A stretch of DNA of 64,000 nucleotides from an uncultured Methanosarcinales archaeon (GTDB lineage Archaea; Nanobdellota; Nanobdellia; Woesearchaeales; GW2011-AR15). Under the pieces are notes generated by a model. The model searched no databases, was not told where the DNA came from, and saw only the letters and a program-made list of their open reading frames with translations. Positions 1 to 10,234 of the stretch are shown one piece after another (positions within the stretch are counted from its first letter, which is position 1; every line of letters begins with the position of its first letter). A program made the translations under genes and the position numbers. The stretch covers positions 54,246 to 118,245 of the forward strand of contig CAYRXW010000003.1 of NCBI GenBank assembly GCA_964428335.1, read 5' to 3'.

Positions 1-618
1 TTTCCTAAGGCAAGCTTGTCTTTTTTCATGCCAAGCTTTATCTGAGCAACAGCATATGTAATCTTTCTTGTCACAAAATTTAGCCCCCTTCTTGGACTCT
101 CATGGTTGTAAAGAATGCCGTTTACTGCATACATGCCGTATGCTTTCCTATAAAGCTTCACCATGTTATATGCATAATGCTTTGCTATTGCATAAGGTGA
201 AGTAGGATTCATCGGAGAATTCTCATTTTGAGGTGTTTCTACCGGATTTCCGTAAAGCTCGCTTGTCGATGCCTGGTAAAATTTTATCTTCTGGTTATAC
301 TTCCTTATGCTTTCTAAAATCCTTGCGACACCTAAACCCGTCACATTGCCTGTAAGGACAGCTGATTCAAATGACAGCCCTACATGCGATATTGCACCAA
401 GATTATAGACTTCATCTGGATTTGATTCAATTAAGGCATTTAATACATCAGTATCTGAAAGAAGGTCACCATAGATAAGATGTACCTTATTTCTTATATG
501 CCTGATATTCTCATCAGATTCAATAGGTCTTGAAAAACCAAAGACTGTATAACTCTTACTTAATAGAAACTCTGCAAGATAGCTCCCATCCTGTCCGCAA
601 ATGCCTGTAATTAACGCT
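1..618 (-). CDS. gmd: GDP-mannose 4,6-dehydratase, N-terminal part (gene continues beyond window start)
   Basis: Reverse-complement translation from ATG at 616-618 gives MRALITGICGQDGSYLAEFLL...YQASTSELYG...NHESPRRG, a close match to the Gmd/SDR Rossmann signature. Confidence 0.8.
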
Positions 619-619
619 C

Positions 620-940
620 TCATCTTTTCCCACCTTTATATTTTAAGCCAGCAATGAATATGATGGCCGGAATTAATATGAATACGAATTTTGTAAGCTT
701 GATTTTCAGCACAGAATCAAGAAGCAGGGTAAATGTGCTGTAACTTAAACCAACAAAATTAGCAAGCACGAACTTTTCTATAAATCCTACCTTCATCCTA
801 GCAATAAATATCAAAAATGGCATAAATATGAAAACAAGATATACCAAAGAAAGAAGAATACTCAACAGTCCAATATATGGGAATGTAATCAAAACAATGC
901 TTACAAAAGTCATTATCCCAAGCTTAATTTCATCTTTCAT
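620..940 (-). CDS. small integral membrane protein (hypothetical)
   Basis: 106-aa ORF with three hydrophobic helices; 4-nt overlap with the upstream gene. Confidence 0.35.
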   Translation of the reverse strand: MKDEIKLGIMTFVSIVLITFPYIGLLSILLSLVYLVFIFMPFLIFIARMKVGFIEKFVLANFVGLSYSTFTLLLDSVLKIKLTKFVFILIPAIIFIAGLKYKGGKR

Positions 941-2769
941 TTTCTTAGTACCCTATAACCGTTTTTATTGTATACCAGATTAAATCCTGCCTGTGAAAAC
1001 CTGTAAATGAAAAAATCATTCATCTCTTTTGTTCCAGGTCGCTCATCCATGAAAAAAATATATTTGAAATCATAGATTGAAACATTGCTGCTTGGATCAG
1101 GAACCCTTTGGTATTTCCACCAGTTAAGCTCTATTATATTCGATCTTGGTGTTGAGCCTCCCCAGCCGGATATCTCAAATTCCAAAGGAACATTAGTATC
1201 TGATATTGTCTCTAAATAATTCTGAAAATTCTCATGAGCAAATATCCCATTTACCCTTTTTACATAAAGCCCTTCACTCTGGTCATGAGAGCCAAAAAAC
1301 AACACCTTATCCTCTTTAGTTGAATCTTTCTGGATAAATTTGTAAGCTTCCCATTGGCTCAATGAAACATGCTCATACCTCATCATATCAACATTGCTCT
1401 TATATGAAGGATAGGCAGAGAACACTATAAAAAATAAAACTGCAAAAACAATAATGTAATCAAAAATATCCTTATTTTTTTCAAAAAAAGCAGATGCTTT
1501 TTTCTTATTCTCTGAACTGTTTATGGATACAGCGCTAACCAATACTGCAGATGCTTTCATTACAATATATATTCCATATGCTAAAAATGGGTAAAGCAGA
1601 TATGGCTGAAGCGCTCTCATCCTTCCGATATAATATGGCTTATAGAGGAAATATTCACAGTAGTAGAGGAAAATGAAAAAGTAGATTACAAAATAAAGCC
1701 AATTAAGGCTAAAAGAATCTGTTTTTTTACCGACCAGTTTTGTGTTCTTATCAGTTTCAATAGAAAATGCATACGGATAAAACCTGAATGCTATCAATGC
1801 TAAAATCCCTATGCATATAAAAATAATCTGCCATAATGGTATGTTTGAGAAATGCGGGAAAACCTGGTTTGCAACAGCATTAACAGGGTCAAACATGCTT
1901 GTTTCTGGTTTAAAAAATCCAGGAAGGTAGGAAGCTCCGTCAGGGTTTGAATATCCTCTCCAGACAAACAGGAATTTCGGTAAAAGTGCGAGCATTACAA
2001 TAAATGGGATAAGGCCGAAAAGCAGGCTTTTTTTAACAAGCTTTGAAAAATCATTATTTTTGAAATAGTCAAAAAGAAGGCTAAATCCAATAAACAAAGA
2101 CGGCAAAAACAGAATATAAATATCTGCAGTATGCGTCATAATTAGGGAAACAATAGAAATTCCCATGAACATAAGTGTCCAAGGCTCCTTTGTCCTGAAA
2201 TATCTTAAGAACAGCCAAAAATACAAAAGCATGATCGAATAGCCGCATACCTGGATCCATATGCCAATATAAGTAGGATAAAGCCAAACAGAGACAGGCA
2301 AAGGAAGAATTGTCAGTCCAGCGGCAAGCAGGGATATTTTATCATTATCAAACATCTCTTTTGTAATAAGATAGACAAGCAGCACAAAAAAAGCCTGCGA
2401 AAGGCAGACCAATAGATAAAACGTTGCCCAGGCAGGAATGCCTGAAAACATGGTGAGGATTGCAGCATTGGTGTAATAGAGCGGTGGCTGCACTGTAGAC
2501 ATGTTAGAAATCCCGGCAGAAAGATAGAAATCATCATAGTTCCATTGCTTTGTATCTATTACTTTCTCTACAGCCAAAACATGCGCAAAAGTATCAGATG
2601 CCTTCAAATTTCCAGGATGGGTCAAGGGTAATTTGTCAAAATTGATGTATAATATTGATGCTATTATAAAAAAAGCAATCACAAGATATTCTGGTTTAAG
2701 GAATTTTTCCAAGTCTTTCTTCTTTATAGTAAACTTTAAATCCTCCCCCATCCATATGACAAATGCCAA
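937..2769 (-). CDS. GT-C fold membrane glycosyltransferase (PMT/ArnT-like), multi-TM with soluble C-terminal domain
   Basis: 610 aa with many TM helices in the N-terminal two-thirds, then a large hydrophilic C-terminal domain; sits in a glycosylation cluster. Confidence 0.45.
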   Translation of the reverse strand: MAFVIWMGEDLKFTIKKKDLEKFLKPEYLVIAFFIIASILYINFDKLPLTHPGNLKASDTFAHVLAVEKVIDTKQWNYDDFYLSAGISNMSTVQPPLYYTNAAILTMFSGIPAWATFYLLVCLSQAFFVLLVYLITKEMFDNDKISLLAAGLTILPLPVSVWLYPTYIGIWIQVCGYSIMLLYFWLFLRYFRTKEPWTLMFMGISIVSLIMTHTADIYILFLPSLFIGFSLLFDYFKNNDFSKLVKKSLLFGLIPFIVMLALLPKFLFVWRGYSNPDGASYLPGFFKPETSMFDPVNAVANQVFPHFSNIPLWQIIFICIGILALIAFRFYPYAFSIETDKNTKLVGKKTDSFSLNWLYFVIYFFIFLYYCEYFLYKPYYIGRMRALQPYLLYPFLAYGIYIVMKASAVLVSAVSINSSENKKKASAFFEKNKDIFDYIIVFAVLFFIVFSAYPSYKSNVDMMRYEHVSLSQWEAYKFIQKDSTKEDKVLFFGSHDQSEGLYVKRVNGIFAHENFQNYLETISDTNVPLEFEISGWGGSTPRSNIIELNWWKYQRVPDPSSNVSIYDFKYIFFMDERPGTKEMNDFFIYRFSQAGFNLVYNKNGYRVLRK

Positions 2770-2812
2770 GAGATTTAAAAATCTAGCGTATTAGAACTGA
2801 AAATATAAGGTA

Positions 2813-3511
2813 CTATTTTGCATTTCTTGCAACAACATTCACATGTGTCCCGAAGTCAAAAATGCTGCAGATGAAGCTGCTTAAAAACCTTGGGACCAGA
2901 AGCATTGAGTGGGTCTCGTATTTTAGGACTTTAAACCCATGGATTTTTGTGAATTCCCTTAATGCTTTTCCTGTAAATACTGATTTATGTCCATACAATG
3001 GATTACTTCCTTTCTTTTTCATCAGCGTTCCTAGAATATGAGTTGAAGGGTGAAGGCAGTTTGGCATGAAACCAAGGAATAAAAGCGTCCTTGAATGAAG
3101 CGAGGCAAGATTTGTTGTTGATAAGATCAGTATGCCTTCAGGCTTTAGTACCCTTCTTAATTCTTCCATAAACCTGTCTGTAAAATAAAGATGCTCAATA
3201 ATCTGGTTTGCAATGATATAATCAAATGAATTATCCCTGTACGGGAAGTTATTGTTCAGGTCAAATGAATTAACTTTGTAACCAAGTTTTTTTAACCTTT
3301 TAACATGCACGTCTTCCAGTTCAACGCATGAAATATCTTTTGCATTTATGGATCTGGCTATCCTTGAAATCAGGATTCCGTCACCTGATCCTACATCAAG
3401 CACACCAGGATTTTTTTTTGTGAAATATCTTTTTGCAAGATAAGAGATACGGTCATGGTTCTCAATAGTCTCATCACACAGCGCTTTCCTTACTGAATTT
3501 GGGACAATCAT
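2813..3511 (-). CDS. class I SAM-dependent methyltransferase
   Basis: Motif I VLDVGSGDGIL and post-II motif LKPEGILILST. Confidence 0.7.
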   Translation of the reverse strand: MIVPNSVRKALCDETIENHDRISYLAKRYFTKKNPGVLDVGSGDGILISRIARSINAKDISCVELEDVHVKRLKKLGYKVNSFDLNNNFPYRDNSFDYIIANQIIEHLYFTDRFMEELRRVLKPEGILILSTTNLASLHSRTLLFLGFMPNCLHPSTHILGTLMKKKGSNPLYGHKSVFTGKALREFTKIHGFKVLKYETHSMLLVPRFLSSFICSIFDFGTHVNVVARNAK

Positions 3512-3576
3512 TGGTTTCCTGTAATTACTGGATGTTTAATAGGTTTATGGAAAAACCATTATCATAACTTATATTA

Positions 3577-4683
3577 ATGAAACAAATATCACCTAAATAT
3601 ATGAAAATAGGGATATATGCAAGAGGCCTTTCTGAGAAATCCGGCGGAACAAAAAGGATGATATATGAATATACCAAAAGAATAATCAGTCTAATTCCTG
3701 ATGAGGATGAGCTTTATATCTTCCATAACTGCGAAAATAATGTATTTAATTCAAGGAAGCATAATGTGCATGAAATCATAATAAAGGCAAAAAACAAGCT
3801 GTTATGTGACTATATCCTTGGCCCAAGGGAAATAAGGAAAAGAAAGCTTGAAAGTGTCTGGGTTTCAAAAACATTAATACCTTTGTTTTATGGCTGCAAA
3901 ACAGTAGTTTCAATAACTGATCTGGCAAGCTTTTATGACAAGTTCAATTCGCATCCTTACATATTGCGGAAATACATGAATTTTATAAAATTTTTTTCAG
4001 CAAAATATGCAACAAAAGTTCATGCAATATCAGACGCAACAAAAGATGACATAATAAGATTTACAAGAGTAAAAAAAGAGAAAGTAAAGACAATCTACCT
4101 TGCAGCAGATGAACATTTCCAGAGAGTAACAGATAAGATAAGATTGGAAAATGCAAGAAAAAAATATGCTCTTCCAAAAAAATTCCTGCTTTTTTTTGGC
4201 ATGGTCTCACCAAGGAAGAACATAAAAAACCTCATCTTGGCATTCCAGAAACTAAACTCGAATTACCATTTGATACTTGCGGGCGGGAAGGGCTGGAATG
4301 ACAGTGAAGAATTCAGGATGATAAAGGATTCAAAGACAATAAGGCATATAGGAAAAGTAGATGAGGAAGACATGTCTGCAGTATATTCATTAGCAACAGC
4401 TTTTGTCTTTCCTTCTTTTTATGAAGGTTTTGGACTTCCAATAATTGAGGCACAAAGCTGCGGATGCCCTGTCATCTGCTCAAAAACAAGCTCATTATAT
4501 GAGATAGGAAAAAATTCTGCTGTGTTTTTTGATCCTTATGATGTAAATGACATGGCAAAAAAAATAGATGAAGTTATGTGCAGCCAGAAACTAAGGATCA
4601 GGCTGAAAAAAGCAGGCCTTGTGAATGCAGGAAAGTATGATTGGGATAAATATTCAAAAGAGCTTTTGAATCTGATAAAATGA
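3577..4683 (+). CDS. GT4-family glycosyltransferase
   Basis: C-terminal EGFGLPIIEAQSCGCPVICS (GT4 E-x7-E region), about 370 aa. Confidence 0.75.
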   Translation: MKQISPKYMKIGIYARGLSEKSGGTKRMIYEYTKRIISLIPDEDELYIFHNCENNVFNSRKHNVHEIIIKAKNKLLCDYILGPREIRKRKLESVWVSKTLIPLFYGCKTVVSITDLASFYDKFNSHPYILRKYMNFIKFFSAKYATKVHAISDATKDDIIRFTRVKKEKVKTIYLAADEHFQRVTDKIRLENARKKYALPKKFLLFFGMVSPRKNIKNLILAFQKLNSNYHLILAGGKGWNDSEEFRMIKDSKTIRHIGKVDEEDMSAVYSLATAFVFPSFYEGFGLPIIEAQSCGCPVICSKTSSLYEIGKNSAVFFDPYDVNDMAKKIDEVMCSQKLRIRLKKAGLVNAGKYDWDKYSKELLNLIK

Positions 4684-5612
4684 AGAAAATCTACCTGAAC
4701 ATATTAAGAATCCTTGGAACCTTGCTGTTTATTGCGTTAGTCCTGTCAAAAGCTGACATAAAAAGCATCATGCCAAGCCTGAAAAACATACAGGTCATCG
4801 GCCTTATATTCTCTTTTGTTATTTTCTTTGCAATCCAGATATTAAGCACATTAAGATGGCACATATTGCTTTCTATAAATGAGCTGAAAATAAGATTCCA
4901 GTATTTATTCCATGCAAATGCAGTATCAATGCTTTCAGGCCTTTTTTTCCCTACAAATTTTGGAACAGACCTAGTCAGGCTTATCTATGCAGCAAAAGAA
5001 AAAGGAGTCAGCAAAAGAAAAGCGGTAGTAGGAACAGTTGGAGACAGGTTATTTGGGATGACTACTATGAGCATCATGTTTTTTTTTGGATTATTGCTAT
5101 CTGATTACTTAACAAAAAACCAGAAGATGCTGCTTTCTTTTCTTCTTTTATTTTTATTCACATTTGCAGTTTTTGCATTAGTCATGAGAAAGATAATCCT
5201 AAGATACATGATGAAAAAATCAGCAAAGCTGCCTTTTGGGAAACTCATTAAAAAAGTACTTGCTGATCTTGAATCATTCAGCGGGAAGGATATAATGCTG
5301 CTGCTTTTCATATCTATACTAATTAACCTGGCAAGCATCTATTACAATTACCAGCTTTTTAAAATCCTTGGAGTGAATGTAACATTCCTTATGATATTCA
5401 TAGCATACCCAATAAAAAGGTTCATTAACCTTTTGCCGATAAGCATAGGAGGGCTTGGGGCAAATGAAGTGACAATGTGGGCGCTTTTAAGCCCATTTGG
5501 AATTACAATTGAGCAGGTGATTGCTTATTCAGGGCTAAGCTATCTTGTCCTAATCTTAAGCAGCCTGATTTACCTAATCCCAGGATTATTCTCAAAACAT
5601 GAAAGCAAATGA
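4680..5612 (+). CDS. flippase-like / UPF0104 (LPG-synthase TM-type) membrane protein
   Basis: 310 aa, about 8 TM helices; overlaps the upstream GT4 stop (ATGA); my family assignment is by resemblance only. Confidence 0.4.
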   Translation: MKKIYLNILRILGTLLFIALVLSKADIKSIMPSLKNIQVIGLIFSFVIFFAIQILSTLRWHILLSINELKIRFQYLFHANAVSMLSGLFFPTNFGTDLVRLIYAAKEKGVSKRKAVVGTVGDRLFGMTTMSIMFFFGLLLSDYLTKNQKMLLSFLLLFLFTFAVFALVMRKIILRYMMKKSAKLPFGKLIKKVLADLESFSGKDIMLLLFISILINLASIYYNYQLFKILGVNVTFLMIFIAYPIKRFINLLPISIGGLGANEVTMWALLSPFGITIEQVIAYSGLSYLVLILSSLIYLIPGLFSKHESK

Positions 5613-5920
5613 TAGGGACATATACAGCTAAAACAGAAGATTTCCTAATAGACATAAATTCAGATTTTGCAAAAAAGAGTTTTACAGGATATGAATTAGA
5701 TTACTGCTATAAACGAACAAGGCCACAGATACATCTTGCAGGGATATACTGTGCAAAAAGAGCACTGCTGGAATTAAACGCTGTGAACTTAAATGAGGTT
5801 GAGATAAAGCATGAAAAAAGCGGAAAACCAATAGCTTTTATAAGGAAAAAAAAGTTTTCAGGTGATATAAGCATCTCGCATACTGAAAAACTGGCGATAG
5901 CAATAGCAGTAGACCAATGA
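5609..5920 (+). CDS. 4'-phosphopantetheinyl transferase, AcpS-like
   Basis: FTGYELDYC...HLAGIYCAKRALLE...EVEIKHEKSGKPIAF...ISISH...AIAIAV resembles the AcpS core; the N-terminal GIDIVEI motif is degenerate. Confidence 0.5.
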   Translation: MIGTYTAKTEDFLIDINSDFAKKSFTGYELDYCYKRTRPQIHLAGIYCAKRALLELNAVNLNEVEIKHEKSGKPIAFIRKKKFSGDISISHTEKLAIAIAVDQ

Positions 5921-7596
5921 AAGACAAAAAGAAGATAAAAATAGCAGTACTTAGCTCTTATACAGCAAATAACATAAAAGAGCCTCTGGCAAAGTACCTT
6001 GATGAATTTGGTTTTTTCCCAGAAATAAGATTTGGAGGGTACAACCAGTTTAATGAGGAGTTTCACGATGACTCTTCCTGGCTGAATGAGTTTAACCCAG
6101 ACATAATATTTGCATTATTCAGCACAAGGACTTTTTTCCCAGCAATTTTTGACAAATTGAATGATTATGATAATTTAATTAGCGAGGCAAAGGAAAAAAT
6201 AGATTTGTTTTTTGAAGCAGCAGGCCAGTATCTTGGACATGGAAAGATTATTGTGACATCTTTTGATTATCCTTTATCAACACCTTTAGGGATAATGGAC
6301 ATAAATTCAAGAAAAAGCGTCCATAGCTTTGTTACTTTTGCAAATGAGATGCTGCTTGACTATTCCACTGAAAATCAGAGGGTTTCAGTACTTGATTTTG
6401 ACAGAATCTGTTCAATTGTCGGAAAAAATAAAATTACTGATAATAAGATGTTCTATCTTGGAAAGATAGTTCTTTCAAAGGAAACTGCAGATAAACTTGC
6501 TGAAGAGATGTCAGTATTTGTGAATGCAGCTTTTGGGAAAATAAAAAAAATAATAGTCACAGACCTTGATAACACCTTATGGGGAGGGGTTATCGGTGAG
6601 GATGGTGTTGAGGGAGTAAAAATAGGGGACACAAATATAGGCAAAATCTATTCTGATATCCAAAAAATCCTTCTGAACTATAAGAAACTGGGAATTGTGC
6701 TTGCGATTTCCTCAAAAAATAATGAAGAAGATGTCATGCCAGTTTTCCAAAAAAAAGAGATGATACTAAAAAGCCAGGATTTTGTCTCTATGAAAATCAA
6801 CTGGAAGCCAAAATCTGAAAATATTATCGAGATTGCAGAAGAGCTGAATCTTGGGCTTGACAGCTTCCTGTTCCTGGATGATAATCCTTCTGAACGGCTT
6901 GAAGTCAAGACAAACATACCAGAGATTGAAATCATAGACTTTCCAAACGATGTCTCAAACCTGCCTGACATACTTATGGGAATAAAATCACTAAAAAAAT
7001 TAGAACTTACGGCAGAGGACAAAAAAAGACATGAAATGTATTCAAAAGACCGGGAAAGAAGCGAGCTTAGGAAAAAAATACCTATTGAGGAATACCTAAA
7101 AAAGCTTGACATATCAATTGAAGTGAAAATAAATGATGCCAATTCAATAGACAGGATAACGCAGCTCATAAATAAGACAAACCAGTTCAACGTAAGGACG
7201 CAGAGGTATTCAAAAGAACAAGTTATAAGTATGATGAATTCGAAGGAATATTTAATCAGCAGCGTAAGTGTCTGGGATAAATTCGGGGAGCTTGGACTTA
7301 CTGGGATAATAATACTAAAAAGAGAAAATGAAATTTACTTCATTGATACCTTCCTTATGAGCTGCAGGGTGCTTTCCAGGGGGATTGAAAAGCAGTTTTT
7401 CTATGAGACTATAAAAAAGATTGAAAATGGAAAATTAAAAGCTGAGTTCATAAAGTCTCCAAAAAATTCTGTATGCATGGATTTTTATGAATCAATTGGC
7501 TTTACAAAAACTGAAGAAAAGGAAAATATAAAAAAATATGAGCTTGATTTAAAGAATTACCAGTTCAAGGATCTGGATTACATAAGGGTGAAATGA
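5917..7596 (+). CDS. FkbH-like HAD-IIIC domain protein with C-terminal acyltransferase-like domain (ACP loader)
   Basis: IIVTDLDNTLWGGVIGEDGVEGVKIGD is the FkbH/HAD-IIIC signature; 559 aa; immediately followed by an ACP gene. Confidence 0.7.
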   Translation: MKDKKKIKIAVLSSYTANNIKEPLAKYLDEFGFFPEIRFGGYNQFNEEFHDDSSWLNEFNPDIIFALFSTRTFFPAIFDKLNDYDNLISEAKEKIDLFFEAAGQYLGHGKIIVTSFDYPLSTPLGIMDINSRKSVHSFVTFANEMLLDYSTENQRVSVLDFDRICSIVGKNKITDNKMFYLGKIVLSKETADKLAEEMSVFVNAAFGKIKKIIVTDLDNTLWGGVIGEDGVEGVKIGDTNIGKIYSDIQKILLNYKKLGIVLAISSKNNEEDVMPVFQKKEMILKSQDFVSMKINWKPKSENIIEIAEELNLGLDSFLFLDDNPSERLEVKTNIPEIEIIDFPNDVSNLPDILMGIKSLKKLELTAEDKKRHEMYSKDRERSELRKKIPIEEYLKKLDISIEVKINDANSIDRITQLINKTNQFNVRTQRYSKEQVISMMNSKEYLISSVSVWDKFGELGLTGIIILKRENEIYFIDTFLMSCRVLSRGIEKQFFYETIKKIENGKLKAEFIKSPKNSVCMDFYESIGFTKTEEKENIKKYELDLKNYQFKDLDYIRVK

Positions 7597-7599
7597 AAA

Positions 7600-7848
7600 T
7601 TGGACAAACCTGCAAAAAATGACATAATAAGGACAATCAATGAAGTTATGGGGCTGGATATCAAGAAGATAGATGAAAACAGGAAGCTTAGTGAGATAAG
7701 CGAATGGGATTCTTTCAACAACCTGATGCTCATATCACGGTTCCAAGATGAGTTACATATAGAATTCACAGCTGTTGAGATAGAGGATGCACAGACAGTC
7801 AAGGACATTTTCTCTCTTTTGGAGAAGAAGCTAAAGGTAAAGTTTTAA
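7600..7848 (+). CDS. acyl carrier protein
   Basis: 82 aa, acidic, LSEISEWDSFNNLMLISRFQDE with the phosphopantetheine Ser in the DSF(L) motif. Confidence 0.7.
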   Translation: MDKPAKNDIIRTINEVMGLDIKKIDENRKLSEISEWDSFNNLMLISRFQDELHIEFTAVEIEDAQTVKDIFSLLEKKLKVKF

Positions 7849-7870
7849 ATACAAAAATTTTCTTTTTCCT

Positions 7871-9259
7871 ATGCAGCTGACATCATTACTTTTTTTTGGA
7901 TTCCTTTTAGTTTCATTATTTTCTTTTTATCTTGCCCCAAAAAAGTTCAGGAACTATATCCTGCTTATATCCAGTATCCTATTTTACCTCAGTTTTGGGA
8001 TAAAGCATCTTGCAATAGTAATGCTGATTACATTAATAGGATATGCTTTTTCATTCCTTGCCTATAAAAAAAAGCAATATTCCTATCTTGGGATATCTCT
8101 TCTTGTTCTCTCTTTATTTTATTTCAAATATTATCTTTTTTTCACAGAACTAGTAATGGATTTTGCAAGGCTCCCTGTTTTTGAGATATTGCTGCCTTTA
8201 GGGATATCCTTTTACACATTCCAGATAATCGGCAACCTGCTTGACATATCAAGAGGCAAGGCAAAGCCTGAAAAAAATATCCTCATCTATTCACTAAGCA
8301 TCTTATTTTTCCCGAAAGCTGTTTCAGGACCTATTGAAAGAACAGGCTTTGCCAGCCAGTTCCAGCATAATAACAATTTAGAGCAGGAAAATATAAGATC
8401 AGGACTTACCCTGATGCTTATAGGATATTTCAAGAAAATAGTGATTGCTGACAGACTGGCAGTAGTAGTCAACCAGGTGTTTGGAAACCTGCCATTATAT
8501 ACAGGGATTCCATTGATACTTGCAGGCATCTTCTACCTTTTCCAGCTATACTGTGATTTTTCAGGATATACTGATATTGCAAGGGGGATTTCAAAATTAT
8601 TTGGAAAGGAACTAACGATAAATTTCAAAAGGCCATTCCTTTCAAAAAATGTGAGTGAGTTTTGGAGAAGATGGCACATTTCTCTCTCTACTTGGTTCCA
8701 GGATTACATGTTCAATCCACTTTACTTATGGCTATCAAAAAAAATAAAGATAAATCAGAGCATAAACCACATAATCAATTTCACGATTGCAATACTTATT
8801 GTTGAAACACTTCTTGGGATATGGCATGGCGCAAACCTGACCTTTGCGTTTTTTGGACTGTACTTTGGCATTTTGATTTCACTATATTATATTTCCAGGA
8901 AATATTATGACAGGCTTACGTCGGCTATTCAGATAGGGATTAACTTTTTAGCTTTAGTAATAGGGATGATTATCTTCAGGAGTGGAAGCCTAGCAGAAGC
9001 ATCATACATATTTTCAAACATTACAGATATAACTTTACTGATTCAGGGAATACACCTGAATGTTTCATGGGCAGGCCTAATTATAAACATTTTATTGATA
9101 GCTGGCCTGTTAACCTACGAAATCCTTGTTGAGTTTTTTGGATTTGATTTTTCAAAGCTTAGTGAGCCGGCAAGATTAATATGCTATTCAATACTTTTGG
9201 TAATGATAGCTGTTTTTGGTGCATTCAACCAGGTGAATTTCCTTTACTCGCAATTTTAA
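7871..9259 (+). CDS. MBOAT-family membrane-bound O-acyltransferase (DltB/AlgI-like)
   Basis: 462 aa multi-TM; FWRRWHISLSTWFQDYMFNPL contains the conserved MBOAT His. Confidence 0.8.
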   Translation: MQLTSLLFFGFLLVSLFSFYLAPKKFRNYILLISSILFYLSFGIKHLAIVMLITLIGYAFSFLAYKKKQYSYLGISLLVLSLFYFKYYLFFTELVMDFARLPVFEILLPLGISFYTFQIIGNLLDISRGKAKPEKNILIYSLSILFFPKAVSGPIERTGFASQFQHNNNLEQENIRSGLTLMLIGYFKKIVIADRLAVVVNQVFGNLPLYTGIPLILAGIFYLFQLYCDFSGYTDIARGISKLFGKELTINFKRPFLSKNVSEFWRRWHISLSTWFQDYMFNPLYLWLSKKIKINQSINHIINFTIAILIVETLLGIWHGANLTFAFFGLYFGILISLYYISRKYYDRLTSAIQIGINFLALVIGMIIFRSGSLAEASYIFSNITDITLLIQGIHLNVSWAGLIINILLIAGLLTYEILVEFFGFDFSKLSEPARLICYSILLVMIAVFGAFNQVNFLYSQF

Positions 9260-9260
9260 A

Positions 9261-10211
9261 ATGAAAAAAATAAAAAAAATGATATGGCAGGGAATCTTTA
9301 TCATTGGACTATTTACTGTCCTTTTTCTTGTCCTTAATTTCCTTTATACAGAAACCGTGATAAAAAAGACAGTAACATACAGGAAAAACCAGGAATTCAA
9401 TAGTTTCATAAAAAATGAGACAGTGATAAAATATGCTTTTTTTGGAGGAAGCCATGTTGAAAATAGCATCAATCCAAGATATATCAATGGCGCATATAAT
9501 TTTGCAGGTGGAGCAAAAACTTATTTTGAAGTGTATCTTGACCTAAAAAACCTTATTGAAAAAAACATATCAGTAGAATATGCCTTTTTAGAGCTTGACA
9601 TGCATACTTTTTCATCATACCTTTTTAATTTTGAGCGTCCAGTTCTTGTAAACATATGGCATTACAGCAGGATAACAGATATAGATGAGATACATGAAGC
9701 AACAAAAATCCCTTATATGAAGCTTTTCATAGATTCAAGGTTTCCAGTCTTTGGGAACGGGGAGAATTTTTTCCTGATCAAAAAAGAAAGCGAGATATAC
9801 AATGGCTATGCAAAAAGATACGGAAATTTTTCATATGAAAATGCAGAAGATCTTACAAAAAGAAGGATAGGAAGGCAGTTTAGAAACCAGGAAATGATAT
9901 CAAACCTTACCATGGGCTATTTCATAAAAACATTAAGGCTAGCAAAGGAAAACAACATAACAGTGGTCCTTGTAAAATACCCTGTAACAAAGATATATGA
10001 TGAGACTTTAAGCTCAGTGGTCTCAAAGAAGGACTATTATGAAACTATCCTTTCAAAAGCAGGGAATGAGACAGATGATCTATACATCCTGGACTATTAT
10101 GATATTTATTTTGATAATCTGGAGTACTTTGATGATGCTGACCATATGAACCATATAGGTTCTGAAGCTTTTTCAAAAAAAGTAAGCAAGGATATAGCTA
10201 AATTTAAATAA
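9261..10211 (+). CDS. DltD/AlgX-like SGNH-fold protein, N-terminal membrane anchor
   Basis: N-terminal TM, FFGGSHVENS near the N-terminus and DADHMNH (DxxH) near the C-terminus; operon position after MBOAT. Confidence 0.5.
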   Translation: MKKIKKMIWQGIFIIGLFTVLFLVLNFLYTETVIKKTVTYRKNQEFNSFIKNETVIKYAFFGGSHVENSINPRYINGAYNFAGGAKTYFEVYLDLKNLIEKNISVEYAFLELDMHTFSSYLFNFERPVLVNIWHYSRITDIDEIHEATKIPYMKLFIDSRFPVFGNGENFFLIKKESEIYNGYAKRYGNFSYENAEDLTKRRIGRQFRNQEMISNLTMGYFIKTLRLAKENNITVVLVKYPVTKIYDETLSSVVSKKDYYETILSKAGNETDDLYILDYYDIYFDNLEYFDDADHMNHIGSEAFSKKVSKDIAKFK

Positions 10212-10234
10212 GAGCAGGATAATTTAGATATGGG

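Noticed and set aside
6678-7190. Antisense ORFs inside FkbH, HsdR (23384-23629), HsdM (25738-25977), the PLP-decarboxylase (46471-47133) and the ATPase (55716-56603)
   Set aside because: All are contained within well-supported genes on the opposite strand, are S/L-rich low-complexity translations and lack motifs.
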